A stretch of DNA of 64,000 nucleotides from a virus, in IMG/VR virus record IMGVR_UViG_3300037042_004723, positions 64,001 to 128,000 of that record; one strand, 5' to 3'. The position numbers and the translations under genes are program-made. This document shows, piece by piece, positions 19,681 to 29,448 of this stretch; the first letter of the stretch is position 1, and every line of letters begins with the position of its first letter. The notes beneath the pieces were generated by a model. It searched no databases. It was not told the origin of the DNA and saw only the letters and a program-made list of their open reading frames with translations.

Positions 19681-20040
19681 ATGCAAGAGATGAGAAGCGA
19701 ATTGAAGAATTTTGCAGTCCTACAGGAGCAGGTACTGCGCAGCCATGACGAGACCAAAGGCGAGGCCAGCTGGAAGCACAACAGCGCGCAAGCGCTTGCG
19801 TCGCGCCTGACTGAGGAGTTCGGCGAGGTGTTGACGCACCTGTTCGGCCAGGACCCGGTCTGCGACTTCCTGATCGCCTCGCTCAGGGACCACGTGGAGG
19901 AATCCGGAGTGAGCCTGGACTACAAGCCGGAGACCATGCAAAGGGAGCTGGCCGACGTAGCCAACTTCTGCATGATGCTGCACGATGTGGCCGGCGGGAT
20001 TGACCCGCGCCACTCCGACACTTCAACCATCAAGGCCTAG
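19681..20040 (+). CDS. MazG-like (all-alpha) NTP pyrophosphohydrolase
   Basis: RLTEEFGEV ... RELADVANFCMML. Confidence 0.65.
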   Translation: MQEMRSELKNFAVLQEQVLRSHDETKGEASWKHNSAQALASRLTEEFGEVLTHLFGQDPVCDFLIASLRDHVEESGVSLDYKPETMQRELADVANFCMMLHDVAGGIDPRHSDTSTIKA

Positions 20041-20044
20041 ACGC

Positions 20045-20284
20045 ATGTCATTTCGTTGCGACTTCTGCTCCGTGCCCCAGCCTGCCGGTACTGTCCCGAA
20101 TGTAGTTGTTACCAAGACCCGTCCACGGGACTACAATGGCATCCCAGGGAGCGAGATTGCCCAGGAAAAGCGCTCCTGCGCCGATTGTTTCCCGGCAGCT
20201 CAAGGCAATGTAGAGGTTCTAGCGCCGAAGCCATCGCTCTACACTGCAGTCGATTCCCGATTCGACGAATCGACTGATCACTGA
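20045..20284 (+). CDS. small zinc-ribbon protein
   Basis: MSFRCDFC...SCADC. Confidence 0.55.
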   Translation: MSFRCDFCSVPQPAGTVPNVVVTKTRPRDYNGIPGSEIAQEKRSCADCFPAAQGNVEVLAPKPSLYTAVDSRFDESTDH

Positions 20285-20713
20285 ATCCAGTTGGAAGTTG
20301 TCCTCGTAGCGGGGGAAGAAAACGTCGCAGTCGAAGGACTTGTCGACCTTCGTTACGATGAGTTCCGTGCAGGCTGGGTGATCGATGGCCTCAGCGTAGA
20401 TTTGCCCTCCGCCGATCACGAACTTCCTGTCTGCTGGGACCTCAAGCGCAGCGTCAAGGCTGCCCAGAGTAATCGCCCCGGCTGGTACCGAGCTGCGCGA
20501 TAGCACGATGTTGGTGCGCCCCGGCAGCGGCCTGAACTTCTCAGGAATCGACTCCCACGTCTTCCTGCCCATGATGACGGAGTTGGCCCCTCCTCCGCTG
20601 GTAGTCAGCTCACGGAAGTGCTTCATGTCTTCCTTGAGGCGCCATGGCAGCGCTCCGGTCTTGCCAATTCCAAGCTCGGAGTCCGTGGCCACGACGATCG
20701 TGAAGTTTTTCAT
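20219..20713 (-). CDS. folA: dihydrofolate reductase
   Basis: GIGKTGALPWRLKEDMKHFRELT; VIMGRKTWESIP; RPLPGRTNIVLSR; FVIGGGQIY; CDVFFP. Confidence 0.95.
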   Translation of the reverse strand: MKNFTIVVATDSELGIGKTGALPWRLKEDMKHFRELTTSGGGANSVIMGRKTWESIPEKFRPLPGRTNIVLSRSSVPAGAITLGSLDAALEVPADRKFVIGGGQIYAEAIDHPACTELIVTKVDKSFDCDVFFPRYEDNFQLDSVISRFVESGIDCSVERWLRR

Positions 20714-20757
20714 CGCATACTGGATGCAGGTCATGCCTCCGATTGTCAACCTTCCGG

Positions 20758-21405
20758 ATGAGGTTTGACAGGCGATTATCTAGTAGTATCAAGGTCGTGT
20801 ATCGTCTGACACCAGACTCTCGATACTTCATCAGGTACGGCATCGAGTCGTGCCTTGGTGACGTCGATGATGATGGGAAGTACTCCATCCAGGTTGAAGG
20901 AATAGTCCTTTGTTCTTCATCGGATGATGATGACGGAACCGTATGTGGCAGGTTGCGCGCCTACATCCTCAAGACTGAGGACATGATCGAGGCCGAAGGG
21001 TTCGACATCGATGCGTGGGAGGGGGAGGACGAGCTGGACGATGTTGCCAGGTCGATTTACACGACATCCGGCACATGGTCCGATGATGTCAGGTCCGTGT
21101 GGCCCGACGTTACGAGCATGGATGTGCTTGTAATAGAAGACATATTCCTTGAAAAGCCGCACCGAAGGATGGGCATAGGGCTGGCGATTGCCGATCGCAC
21201 CATCTCTGTGTTTGGACGTGGTTGCGGATTGGCTGCCATCAGCCCATGGCCGTCCGAGGTCGAGAACAGAGACGACGAGGATGAAGCCAAGCAGGCCCAT
21301 CGCAAGATAGGCAAGTATTCTCAGAGACTTGGGTTCAAGATCGTTCCAGGGACTGACCTCTGGGTCATGTCTCTTGAGCATGTGATCGATCGTGATAGCA
21401 ACTAG
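20758..21405 (+). CDS. GNAT-fold acetyltransferase-like protein
   Basis: LVIEDIFLEKPHRRMGIGLAIA (acetyl-CoA motif A); YSQRLGFK. Confidence 0.55.
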   Translation: MRFDRRLSSSIKVVYRLTPDSRYFIRYGIESCLGDVDDDGKYSIQVEGIVLCSSSDDDDGTVCGRLRAYILKTEDMIEAEGFDIDAWEGEDELDDVARSIYTTSGTWSDDVRSVWPDVTSMDVLVIEDIFLEKPHRRMGIGLAIADRTISVFGRGCGLAAISPWPSEVENRDDEDEAKQAHRKIGKYSQRLGFKIVPGTDLWVMSLEHVIDRDSN

Positions 21406-21486
21406 CCCTGCTATTCGTAACTTTTCCGTGGAGAGACTTTTGTAATTCACCATTGGCTGCTGAGGCCAACGACAGGGGGTTCGTGC

Positions 21487-21768
21487 ATGAGGGCAGAGAT
21501 TCTCTCCGTAATCAGACCGTTCCTGTTCCAGGATACAGTCTCCAAGGTATCCGTCATGCTTGATCAATATCGGTCGGAGATTGAGTCTGGGATGGCCACA
21601 AAGAAGGATAAGCCTGGAGATATTCGCCTGCTTGAAGATCAGGTCGATCATCTGCTGAAGGCTATGACGATGATCTTGAAGGTGTCGACAAATTCAGACG
21701 GCGCTATGATGGCGAGGGGAATTGCCGAAGAGGCAATCTCAACGACCGCCGCCAATGACCGACCATAA
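21487..21768 (+). CDS. hypothetical protein
   Basis: ORF track. Confidence 0.5.
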   Translation: MRAEILSVIRPFLFQDTVSKVSVMLDQYRSEIESGMATKKDKPGDIRLLEDQVDHLLKAMTMILKVSTNSDGAMMARGIAEEAISTTAANDRP

Positions 21769-21943
21769 ACTCCATGAGTTGTTAGAGCGCATAGCCGTTC
21801 AGCTTGAACGGCTAGCCTCCGCCATGGAAAAAACGAATGCTTTGTCAGAAAAGCTGATGAAGTGCCCTGGGTGCATGGGCGACGGCAAGGCGTACGGAAG
21901 TGGTAGATGTATACGCTGCGCTGGTACGGGCGTTAAGCAGTAG
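21755..21943 (+). CDS. small protein with CxxCxGxG motifs
   Basis: CPGCMGDG...CIRCAGTG. Confidence 0.55.
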   Translation: MTDHKLHELLERIAVQLERLASAMEKTNALSEKLMKCPGCMGDGKAYGSGRCIRCAGTGVKQ

Positions 21944-21961
21944 TCGCCAGCGCTCTTTTTC

Positions 21962-22450
21962 GTGATGGGCTATTCTGGATCCTGGGGGTACAGGTCCATG
22001 GACGTAGCTAAATCTCGCAAAACGACGCGGGTACTCTACCTGTATCTGACCATTCCGTTGATAATCCTGACGGCAGTCTTTGGGATGATCGCCCTGATGA
22101 CTCGCACGAAGGACGCTGCGGCGCCTAGACCTGAGTCTGCGGCCCCTGTCAGACCTGATGCCGGACCGGAAGCCGCTGGCAGCTCATGGGCCGGCAGGAG
22201 ACCATCTGTTGAACTGGCGCCGCTTGACGAGCATGCCAGCGGCAAGGACGAGGTCAAGTCCAGCGGATCTAAGGAGTCCACGGCCGGTAATGCGGCCATT
22301 GTAACTGCAATTATGGGCGGGCTCACCGGCTTGATGGGGGCCATGACTCAGACGTTCATGGCGTTCCTGAAGATGCGGGACCGGCGGAGGCATAGATCTA
22401 ACGACGAAGAAACAGGCGAAACGCTACCGGACGATCAGGAACACGGCTAG
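21962..22450 (+). CDS. predicted membrane protein (two hydrophobic segments)
   Basis: LYLYLTIPLIILTAVFGMIALM; AAIVTAIMGGLTGLMGAM. Confidence 0.55.
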   Translation: MMGYSGSWGYRSMDVAKSRKTTRVLYLYLTIPLIILTAVFGMIALMTRTKDAAAPRPESAAPVRPDAGPEAAGSSWAGRRPSVELAPLDEHASGKDEVKSSGSKESTAGNAAIVTAIMGGLTGLMGAMTQTFMAFLKMRDRRRHRSNDEETGETLPDDQEHG

Positions 22451-22475
22451 AATCACTGCAGGTAGCGTAGCGATC

Positions 22476-22796
22476 ATGGGCCTTTGCGTGGGATACCTCG
22501 GCTGGAGAGCGCCGGCCATACGGCGCCACACCGGAGAGCCAGCCATGGAATCACTTGATACGGATGGGTCGGAAGTTATTTGGCCCAAGCCTTCCAATAG
22601 GCAACGGCTAGTTCACGTCGGCGAGCGAACCGAACGCGAACCTGCCCTGCTCACCTGCCAGGGCGCATGCAGCAAGCCCCACGTGAAGTGGACCACGCAT
22701 CACATCGTTAACTCGTCATCGTTTCAGTGCGGCGCGTGTGGAACGACAAGACGGTGGGGCCTGGGCTTCGGATTTGACGGCCGTACAGATAAATAG
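22476..22796 (+). CDS. zinc-ribbon hypothetical protein
   Basis: CQGAC...FQCGACG. Confidence 0.55.
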   Translation: MGLCVGYLGWRAPAIRRHTGEPAMESLDTDGSEVIWPKPSNRQRLVHVGERTEREPALLTCQGACSKPHVKWTTHHIVNSSSFQCGACGTTRRWGLGFGFDGRTDK

Positions 22797-22936
22797 ACGT
22801 CCCATATCCTCGAAATTAAAGGACGCCGCAACGGCTCTACGGAATTTGGTTTTTGATAAAACCCCAATCTTGACAATGCGTCGATGGCGCGGTCTTATGT
22901 CAGCTATACGAGCATGTGTTCGCTCGGTGAGGCTGA

Positions 22937-23365
22937 ATGTCCGACGACGTCAAAAAGAAAAGCTGCAAGCGCTGTCATAGGTCCAAGCTGCTGAAGGAAT
23001 TCGTGCCTTCGGCTATGTCGAAGGATGGCACGCTTGGCTACTGTAGGACCTGCTGGTCGGCCAAGATGGAGGAGGCGGCCCAGGTTCGCTCTAACAATGC
23101 AAAGCCAAGGAAGGCCAAGATTGGTCGCCCCGAGGGAGGCAAGACCAAGAACAAGTCGCCAGACATTCAGGCCGCTAACGATGCCCTCATGGCCTCCGGC
23201 TCCGTCAAGGAGAAGTTCCTCGTTCGCGCAAACGACGGGGACGTCTCTGAGTTCACCCATGAAGGCAAGGCGCTGCGTCAGGCCATGGAGTGGAAGATGG
23301 CTGGGTTCGTCGTGACCGTGTGGCGCCAGTGCGAGTTCGAAATGGTTCTGCGGATTATCGGATAG
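22937..23365 (+). CDS. hypothetical protein with N-terminal zinc ribbon
   Basis: KSCKRCHRSKLLKEF...SKDGTLGYCRTC. Confidence 0.65.
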   Translation: MSDDVKKKSCKRCHRSKLLKEFVPSAMSKDGTLGYCRTCWSAKMEEAAQVRSNNAKPRKAKIGRPEGGKTKNKSPDIQAANDALMASGSVKEKFLVRANDGDVSEFTHEGKALRQAMEWKMAGFVVTVWRQCEFEMVLRIIG

Positions 23366-23373
23366 GAAGAAAC

Positions 23374-23745
23374 ATGAAAGAGCTGAAGCTAAAGACTTTC
23401 ATCCATGCTGACTTTCGCAAGTCGGAGGAGACGCTGTTCAACGAGTTCCTCAAGACTGATTACGGCGCGTCCATCAAAAATGGCGAGCACGTGATGTTCA
23501 TCAGCATGAGCGACAATCTGTATCAATTCGTCGAGGCCCCTGACGAATTCGACACCATCAACCGCCGTGGACAGAAGGTCCGCGTCAAGGTGCTGGCATC
23601 GCAGCGGTTCAGAATTCGTGGCGGCAAATGGGATCCGCTGATGCTGTCCGTGTACGCCGAAAGGGCAGGCTACCGTATCACGGGGATCAAGCGCTTCGAG
23701 TGGTATCTCAAGGAGCGCGTCCTGGAGCTAAAGAAGGCCGCATAG
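23374..23745 (+). CDS. hypothetical protein
   Basis: ATG 23374 after AGGAAG. Confidence 0.6.
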   Translation: MKELKLKTFIHADFRKSEETLFNEFLKTDYGASIKNGEHVMFISMSDNLYQFVEAPDEFDTINRRGQKVRVKVLASQRFRIRGGKWDPLMLSVYAERAGYRITGIKRFEWYLKERVLELKKAA

Positions 23746-23843
23746 CCGCGCAAGCGCTTTCGTCTCCGACGTTCTTGACAATTAGCTCTTGTGGCAGCAT
23801 CGTTTTTGGGGTTTATCGATCCCGATGGAAGCGATGGTGACGA

Positions 23844-24362
23844 ATGCCAGGACCTGATTTTGAACCGCTTGAAGGGCTGTCAGAGGAAGATAAGTCTTAC
23901 CTGGACAGCCACAAGAATGCTTTCCAGCGCCAGGCAGCGGCTCGCGCCGGGGATGAGGCGCGGAAAAAGGCTGCGGAGGAGCACATGAGGTCTGTGCGGA
24001 CTGCCGCCGGGTTTCCGCCGGATGCTCCTGTTTCTGCCCCTTCGATAAACGGAACGTCGGCGCATCATGCTGCTCCGCTGGTTCCGGCTGGCCGGATTTC
24101 CATCATGGTAGCCGTCCCCGACGCTAACGGTGGGCTCCCTTCGACGACCGAGAAGTTCGCTCCTGACTGGAACGCCATAAAGGACAGGATTTCCAAGTTC
24201 AACGGAACCTGGGTGGTGTCCAGGCATGAGTTCTCTGGGCAGGTTGCGGACATACTTGGATTCTTCGGCAAGGACGGCTGGCCCAAGCCGGAGGATTCCG
24301 AGAAGGAAGTTTTCGAGGCCATCGTGAAGAATGGTCGAGTATTCAGAACGGATCCGGAATAG
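23844..24362 (+). CDS. hypothetical protein
   Basis: ORF track. Confidence 0.6.
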   Translation: MPGPDFEPLEGLSEEDKSYLDSHKNAFQRQAAARAGDEARKKAAEEHMRSVRTAAGFPPDAPVSAPSINGTSAHHAAPLVPAGRISIMVAVPDANGGLPSTTEKFAPDWNAIKDRISKFNGTWVVSRHEFSGQVADILGFFGKDGWPKPEDSEKEVFEAIVKNGRVFRTDPE

Positions 24363-24409
24363 ATCTGGACGTGTGGACTCTTGCTTTGGTTAGGCTATAA
24401 GATCTATCC

Positions 24410-24802
24410 TTGGCTTACATTGGCCAGGGAAAGTTCACGATGCCAACCAAGAATGGCCTGAAGCGAATCTCCGATGCCATTTCCAGGAAGCAAGGCATCG
24501 CGGCGGTCCTTGTTCCCAGGCGTGTTGCTCTTGATCTTGTCGAGGAGATGTATCCGCACTCCGACTTTGACGGCGTGACAGGCGATGCTCTCGATATTGT
24601 CGTCGATAGAGCACGGGACAAGTACATCAAGCTCGTGACCCAGGGTGGCTATATCGGGACCGTGATGTCTGTTCCGATGGTGGTCGCCGATGATGTCGTT
24701 GTCTGCTCACTGACCGAGCAGGAGCTTGTGGATTCAGCTGGCAGGCTTGGTGTCGACATGAACGAGCTGTACCGTGATCGTCGTCGGGCAGGGGCTGCCT
24801 GA
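24410..24802 (+). CDS. hypothetical protein
   Basis: ORF track. Confidence 0.55.
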   Translation: MAYIGQGKFTMPTKNGLKRISDAISRKQGIAAVLVPRRVALDLVEEMYPHSDFDGVTGDALDIVVDRARDKYIKLVTQGGYIGTVMSVPMVVADDVVVCSLTEQELVDSAGRLGVDMNELYRDRRRAGAA

Positions 24803-25284
24803 TGTTCTCCAGAGGTACTCCGGCCATACAGCGAGTTGAGGTTACCAGCAGCACCCTGCCTGTGCGAGGTAGCAATCACGCCGCCTTTGTGGACATGCGT
24901 TTCCTCTGGGGGGCTCCGCTTGAAGCGGACCCTGGGTTCCGCTCGGTGGTTCTTCCATCCGGGTTCTCTTTGGTGCCGGCCCTGGGGTCCCGATGGGATG
25001 TCATGGATCTCAACGGGTTTCCACGCGCCGTTGTTCTCGCCTCCGGCGACAGGGGCTCGGTCCCGTCAATTGCTCCGGTCAAGAGATTTCACATGGGAGC
25101 CGACCCATTACGCGCTGGATTTCGAGGGTTTGTGAGCGATTGGGATTCGATTGTTTATCGGACGACCGTGCGTGGAACGCAGGAAGATGCGCTGTGCCTG
25201 GCGAAAAAATGGCTTGATGACAACAAGCCAAGATGGGATAGCTATACGTCTGCGATAAATTTCGAGCGCAGGCCGGCTGGGTGA
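24802..25284 (+). CDS. hypothetical protein
   Basis: ORF track; TGATG overlap. Confidence 0.5.
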   Translation: MFSRGTPAIQRVEVTSSTLPVRGSNHAAFVDMRFLWGAPLEADPGFRSVVLPSGFSLVPALGSRWDVMDLNGFPRAVVLASGDRGSVPSIAPVKRFHMGADPLRAGFRGFVSDWDSIVYRTTVRGTQEDALCLAKKWLDDNKPRWDSYTSAINFERRPAG

Positions 25285-25308
25285 TAGTTTCTGGATCAGA
25301 AAATCACT

Positions 25309-25674
25309 ATGAGGGTTGCTATCGTAGGCTCCAGAGGTTATCTAGACCTCAATTCAGTGGCTAGTTTCATCGATTCACTCCCGGCCAATACGGTTGTGAT
25401 AACCGGCGAAACCAAAGGCGTTGATGCCGCTGCTGCGGCTGCGGCTAAACAGCGCGGCCTTGAGGTTGTGGTTCACCTTGCCGATTGGGTTCAGTACGGT
25501 AAGGCTGCCGGTCAGATCAGAAACCAAAAAGTGGTTGACGACTGTGATCGCCTGGTTGCTTTCTGGGATGGGACCAGTCCAGGCACCAAGGGTACAATTT
25601 CGATCGCCTCCAAGGCCGGCAAGCTTGAAAAAGTGTTCAAGGACAGAAATCCAACTCAGGGCAATCTCTTTTAG
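25309..25674 (+). CDS. SLOG-superfamily protein (DUF2493/YspA-like)
   Basis: MRVAIVGSRG; ITGETKGVDA; YGKAAGQIRN; LVAFWDGTSPGT. Confidence 0.8.
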   Translation: MRVAIVGSRGYLDLNSVASFIDSLPANTVVITGETKGVDAAAAAAAKQRGLEVVVHLADWVQYGKAAGQIRNQKVVDDCDRLVAFWDGTSPGTKGTISIASKAGKLEKVFKDRNPTQGNLF

Positions 25675-25712
25675 AGATTGACAATTTCTTGAACTCGCAA
25701 AATAATAAAGAA

Positions 25713-25931
25713 ATGAACTATAGCAAGCGAGACATGAAGATGATGGCGTACGGGGAGTACGCAGCTTTTCTTCTTGGTCCGGCTGCAGCAATCAGGACGG
25801 CCATGGCCCTTGACGGCTTTGGATTTGTCTTTAGGTTCGTCTGGTTCCTGCTTGCGTGGTATTTCGCGACCAGCATGGGGCTCAGATTGGTTCATCTTGG
25901 TTACGTACCTGTGAAGGCAGGTAAGGCGTAG
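25713..25931 (+). CDS. small membrane protein (leaderless)
   Basis: TTGACA 25678, AATAAT 25701, ATG 25713; hydrophobic. Confidence 0.55.
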   Translation: MNYSKRDMKMMAYGEYAAFLLGPAAAIRTAMALDGFGFVFRFVWFLLAWYFATSMGLRLVHLGYVPVKAGKA

Positions 25932-26008
25932 CTAATTACGTATGCTCTCGTCGGTGGTCGATTTGGCTATCGACTCATTATATGGTAGAGATCTAGAAGG
26001 AGACAGAT

Positions 26009-26446
26009 ATGAGTTCGAACGTTGATAAGATTGTTGGTGACATCATCGAGCGGTTCCGTCCTTTGGTTCGTGAGGCGGTCCAGAGGGCTGACGCTGACGC
26101 CAGAGGTGAGCTGCTCGCGCAGTTCAATAAGGCCGTCGGCGGAGCGAACGGCTCCACCAAGGCGCCGACGGCAGCCGTGGGCGCCTTGGTGAAGCGCAAG
26201 GTCGGTCGCCCCAGGAAGAACCCGCAGCCGGAGACGGCGCAGGCTGCTCCGGCTGCTGAGAAGCCGAAGAAGAAGGCCAAGGCCAAGCGCGTGGTTTCCG
26301 ACGAGGTTCGCCAGAAGCTCGCTGACAACCTCAAGAAGGCTCGCGAGGCGAAGTCGGACAAGGCGAGGCCGGAGGGCGTCAAGCGCAAGCCTGGTCGTCC
26401 CCGGAAGGTTCAGCCCGACGCCGTCGCTGCCGCTCCATCGGCCTAA
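26009..26446 (+). CDS. basic histone-like protein with two AT-hook motifs
   Basis: KRKVGRPRK and KRKPGRPRK; Ala/Lys-rich. Confidence 0.7.
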   Translation: MSSNVDKIVGDIIERFRPLVREAVQRADADARGELLAQFNKAVGGANGSTKAPTAAVGALVKRKVGRPRKNPQPETAQAAPAAEKPKKKAKAKRVVSDEVRQKLADNLKKAREAKSDKARPEGVKRKPGRPRKVQPDAVAAAPSA

Positions 26447-26449
26447 CCA

Positions 26450-26644
26450 ATGGGACGGCGGCCTAGTCCAGTTGCGCAGCAGCAGGACGACGTCGTCACC
26501 TATCGCCAGGTGGCGGAGTTCGTCTCCAACGCCAGGAGTAGAATTCCAGGACTGAAGTCCCTCAAGATCGAGGTGGCCGAAGACGGAACTGTCTCCTTCG
26601 AATTTGAAGTCTCCCGCATCATCGGTGGCAGGGGGAAGGTCTAA
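26450..26644 (+). CDS. hypothetical protein
   Basis: ORF track. Confidence 0.5.
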   Translation: MGRRPSPVAQQQDDVVTYRQVAEFVSNARSRIPGLKSLKIEVAEDGTVSFEFEVSRIIGGRGKV

Positions 26645-26700
26645 ACGCCTGGCGATCGGAAGGTAAGCCGTCTTCTAGGTCATCGAAATGCAAGGAGTAG

Positions 26701-26886
26701 TCAAGGCTGGCCGGTCGCGCTTGGCTGGGGGTCGTGAAACGCTGCCACGGACTGCTTCCTGTGTGGAATGCAGAGGATCGTCCGGCCAGTCCTCAGAGCT
26801 TGATCAGCGACGAAAATAAAACCGGCCTTGCACCAATGACAAGGCCGGTCGTCCGACGCGGGATGAAGCAGTACGTCATTTTCCAT
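26701..26886 (-). CDS. small Cys/His protein
   Basis: CHWC...CIPH. Confidence 0.4.
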   Translation of the reverse strand: MENDVLLHPASDDRPCHWCKAGFIFVADQALRTGRTILCIPHRKQSVAAFHDPQPSATGQP

Positions 26887-26889
26887 TCG

Positions 26890-26963
26890 TGACCCAGGCA
26901 GGAATCGAACCTGCGACCTATTCTTTAGGAAAGAATTGCTCTATCCAACTGAGCTACTTGGTC
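26890..26963 (-). tRNA. tRNA-Arg(CCT)
   Basis: GACCAAG/CTGGGTC acceptor; ATTCT-TTCCTAA-AGAAT anticodon arm; GCAGG-TTCGATT-CCTGC T arm. Confidence 0.9.
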
Positions 26964-26964
26964 T

Positions 26965-27040
26965 TGGTGCATCCGGTTGGATTCGAACCAACGTAATTTC
27001 GCTTAGAAGGCGAACGCATAATCCACTAGACTACGGATGC
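26965..27040 (-). tRNA. tRNA-Arg(TCT), CCA encoded
   Basis: GCATCCG/CGGATGC; TTCGC-CTTCTAA-GCGAA; GTTGG-TTCGAAT-CCAAC; ACCA end. Confidence 0.92.
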
Positions 27041-28855
27041 AGTAACAGGCTTGGAGCGTACATCATCGTCAGATGAGTCCTCATTGTCAAAGGCCAATAC
27101 ACCCTTCGTCGCCCTGCGAGTCGACGGGATATACGGGCCGTCGTCGGGTCCCTTGACGTACGAGTTCTTCCAGAACCGCTTGATGGCGATCCACTCGTTT
27201 TCTTGACGCGGGGGCTGTCCACGCTCACGGAGCGCTTCGATAGTCACATCATCGAGGGGCTTGGTCTTGAAGATGTTATAGTTCAACTTCTCCAGGTCTA
27301 GCTCCATCTCGGCGTCCATGGGCATCTGCCCACGGTAGATCTTGAAGCACCAGTGGCCACGGACATCGAATCGATGGGCGTACTTCGCGCGGAGGGCGCC
27401 GGCTCCGTAGCCCCTGACGATTTCCCTGATGACCTTGTCACGCAGGTGGACCGTGTAAAACGGCGGCGGGACGGGCTTCTTGAGGCCAAGGTCCAGCATG
27501 CCCTTTCTGATTTTGCTCTGGCTGTGGATGCTGAGCTTGCGCTGGGCAACGATAGTGGTCTGGTGATCGTTGACGCAGTCGATCATGCTGTGAAGGATGA
27601 ACGGCGCTAAGCTCATCGGGCGGAGCCACTCTGGCTTCTCCTCGACTCGGTGCGTGACGATGTTGAGGTTCGTGTCAACATCGTCGCCACGGCGGTTGGT
27701 GCCCTGGGACAGCAGCAGCTCGTGGTGCTCGCCATCTTCTCCGACGAGAATTCCCGCCAGGAGGTAGGCGCCTGTCGGACCCGTGAGACCACGGGTCCGG
27801 ATTTGATGCTCGGAGAGGGCAACCCCCTCGGAGATTGCAAACCAGCAGACGTTGAACGGGAACTTATCCGGGAACGGAAGTTCTTCGCACGCCTTCAGCT
27901 GGCGCTTGTAGAGGATGAATCCTTCATTGTCCAGCACCTCCTGGTCGACCTTAGGGTCATTTGGATGATGGAACGGAATCTGGGCGATTTCTTCGGTGAC
28001 GTAGCGGTCCACCTGCATGTGCAGCTCGACGTAGGACTCCGGGGCGACTTCGAAGATCTTGGCCTGCCGAAGCAAGACGTACATCTTGCCGCACTCGCGC
28101 CGGAACTTTTCGTTGATTTGCTTGCTGTCGTAGTTCCGCTTCAGCACATTCAGAATGGTGAGGTACACGTTGATGACGTTGTCGTGGGTCCTGTTGCTGG
28201 GCTTGCCCCAGTGCGGAAGGTCATTGACCACCCACGGCAGCGGACCGCCACCCAGTTCCTCCAGGATGGCGGGAATCTTCGAGAAGGCGATGGCGCGCTT
28301 GTGCAGAACGTCCTCGGACGCCGGAAGTAGATGGGGTGCCTGCTCCATCGTCATCTTGACGGTCTCCTGCCACGCCTCCAAGATCTTCCGCTGAAGCTCC
28401 TGTGCGTTACCCTGCTGGACGTATTCATCCATGCGCATCGCAATGGCCCCAGCCTGCCAGCCGCCATCGTTGAAGAAGGTGAGATATATATCTTTCCCCT
28501 CGCCCTGGCGACGAACGCGCATGAACCACATCCCCCACTTCTTGCGCAACCTCTCGAAAAGCTCACGGTCCTTGTCGGTCACGCGATAGCCAATCCACTG
28601 CTGGCCCTCGTCGGTCATCAAGCCGATGTACTTTGGGGTCGGAGATTTGCTGGGCTTGGCAGCGTCAAGCTTGTCCTGCCAGCGAACCGTCAGGTTGCCC
28701 TGAGGATTGGGATATCCCTCTGTGGACGGCCAGATAAGCTGGATGACCGGGTAGATGTAATGTTCTGCGCCGTTGGGGCACGGAATATGATCGGCACCCA
28801 CGCGGACGATGACATTGCCTTCGTGGATAGGGGTTCCCGGGTCGATCTTCGCCAT
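27026..28855 (-). CDS. large hypothetical phage protein
   Basis: 609-aa ORF; C-terminal HRFDVRGHW...FWKNSYVKGP motif. Confidence 0.75.
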   Translation of the reverse strand: MAKIDPGTPIHEGNVIVRVGADHIPCPNGAEHYIYPVIQLIWPSTEGYPNPQGNLTVRWQDKLDAAKPSKSPTPKYIGLMTDEGQQWIGYRVTDKDRELFERLRKKWGMWFMRVRRQGEGKDIYLTFFNDGGWQAGAIAMRMDEYVQQGNAQELQRKILEAWQETVKMTMEQAPHLLPASEDVLHKRAIAFSKIPAILEELGGGPLPWVVNDLPHWGKPSNRTHDNVINVYLTILNVLKRNYDSKQINEKFRRECGKMYVLLRQAKIFEVAPESYVELHMQVDRYVTEEIAQIPFHHPNDPKVDQEVLDNEGFILYKRQLKACEELPFPDKFPFNVCWFAISEGVALSEHQIRTRGLTGPTGAYLLAGILVGEDGEHHELLLSQGTNRRGDDVDTNLNIVTHRVEEKPEWLRPMSLAPFILHSMIDCVNDHQTTIVAQRKLSIHSQSKIRKGMLDLGLKKPVPPPFYTVHLRDKVIREIVRGYGAGALRAKYAHRFDVRGHWCFKIYRGQMPMDAEMELDLEKLNYNIFKTKPLDDVTIEALRERGQPPRQENEWIAIKRFWKNSYVKGPDDGPYIPSTRRATKGVLAFDNEDSSDDDVRSKPVTASVV

Positions 28856-28894
28856 GCCCTAACTACAACTGGGCTGGTTGAAACTTTCGAACAA

Positions 28895-29392
28895 TTATTG
28901 GTTGGCCATCAGTTCGTTATAGTTGAAGTCTTCTCCGAGCGATTCCTGAATTGATGTAGTTTCCTCATCGCGTCGCTTCACTGGCTCTTGGTTGTACAGG
29001 AAAACATGCCTTGGGACGCGGGTCAGGCCCTGCACGAACTTCTTTCCTTCTTCGGTGATTCGGTAGTTACCAACGCGCTCGCTGCCGTCATCCCGGGTGC
29101 CTTTCTGGTCTTCGATCAGTCCCCAGTAGCGAAGCTTGGACCAGTCACCGCCGCGAACAGTGGCCCCACTAATAATTCGTGACAGGTACGATGGGACGTG
29201 TAGCCATTGTTCAGCTGGATTGGATTCGAAGTATTTGTAAATGTAGATCAAGGCAAGCGACATGGAACCGTTTAGCTTGCGCTTATAGAGCTTCACGAAC
29301 TGGTTGCAGCAAGGGCAGTCGGCGCCCTCACTGAATCGCTCACGAAGCCATCGCTTGGCTTCCTCTAGGGTGCGCGTGTCAGCTTCAGCCAT
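28895..29392 (-). CDS. hypothetical protein with CPCC and winged-helix-like region
   Basis: CPCCNQ; GGDWSKLRYWGLIE...YRITEEGKKF. Confidence 0.7.
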   Translation of the reverse strand: MAEADTRTLEEAKRWLRERFSEGADCPCCNQFVKLYKRKLNGSMSLALIYIYKYFESNPAEQWLHVPSYLSRIISGATVRGGDWSKLRYWGLIEDQKGTRDDGSERVGNYRITEEGKKFVQGLTRVPRHVFLYNQEPVKRRDEETTSIQESLGEDFNYNELMANQ

Positions 29393-29448
29393 TGATACGA
29401 CGGTCGCAACCAGCCAGCCAATTGTCAACATCGGCGCAAGCGCTTGCG

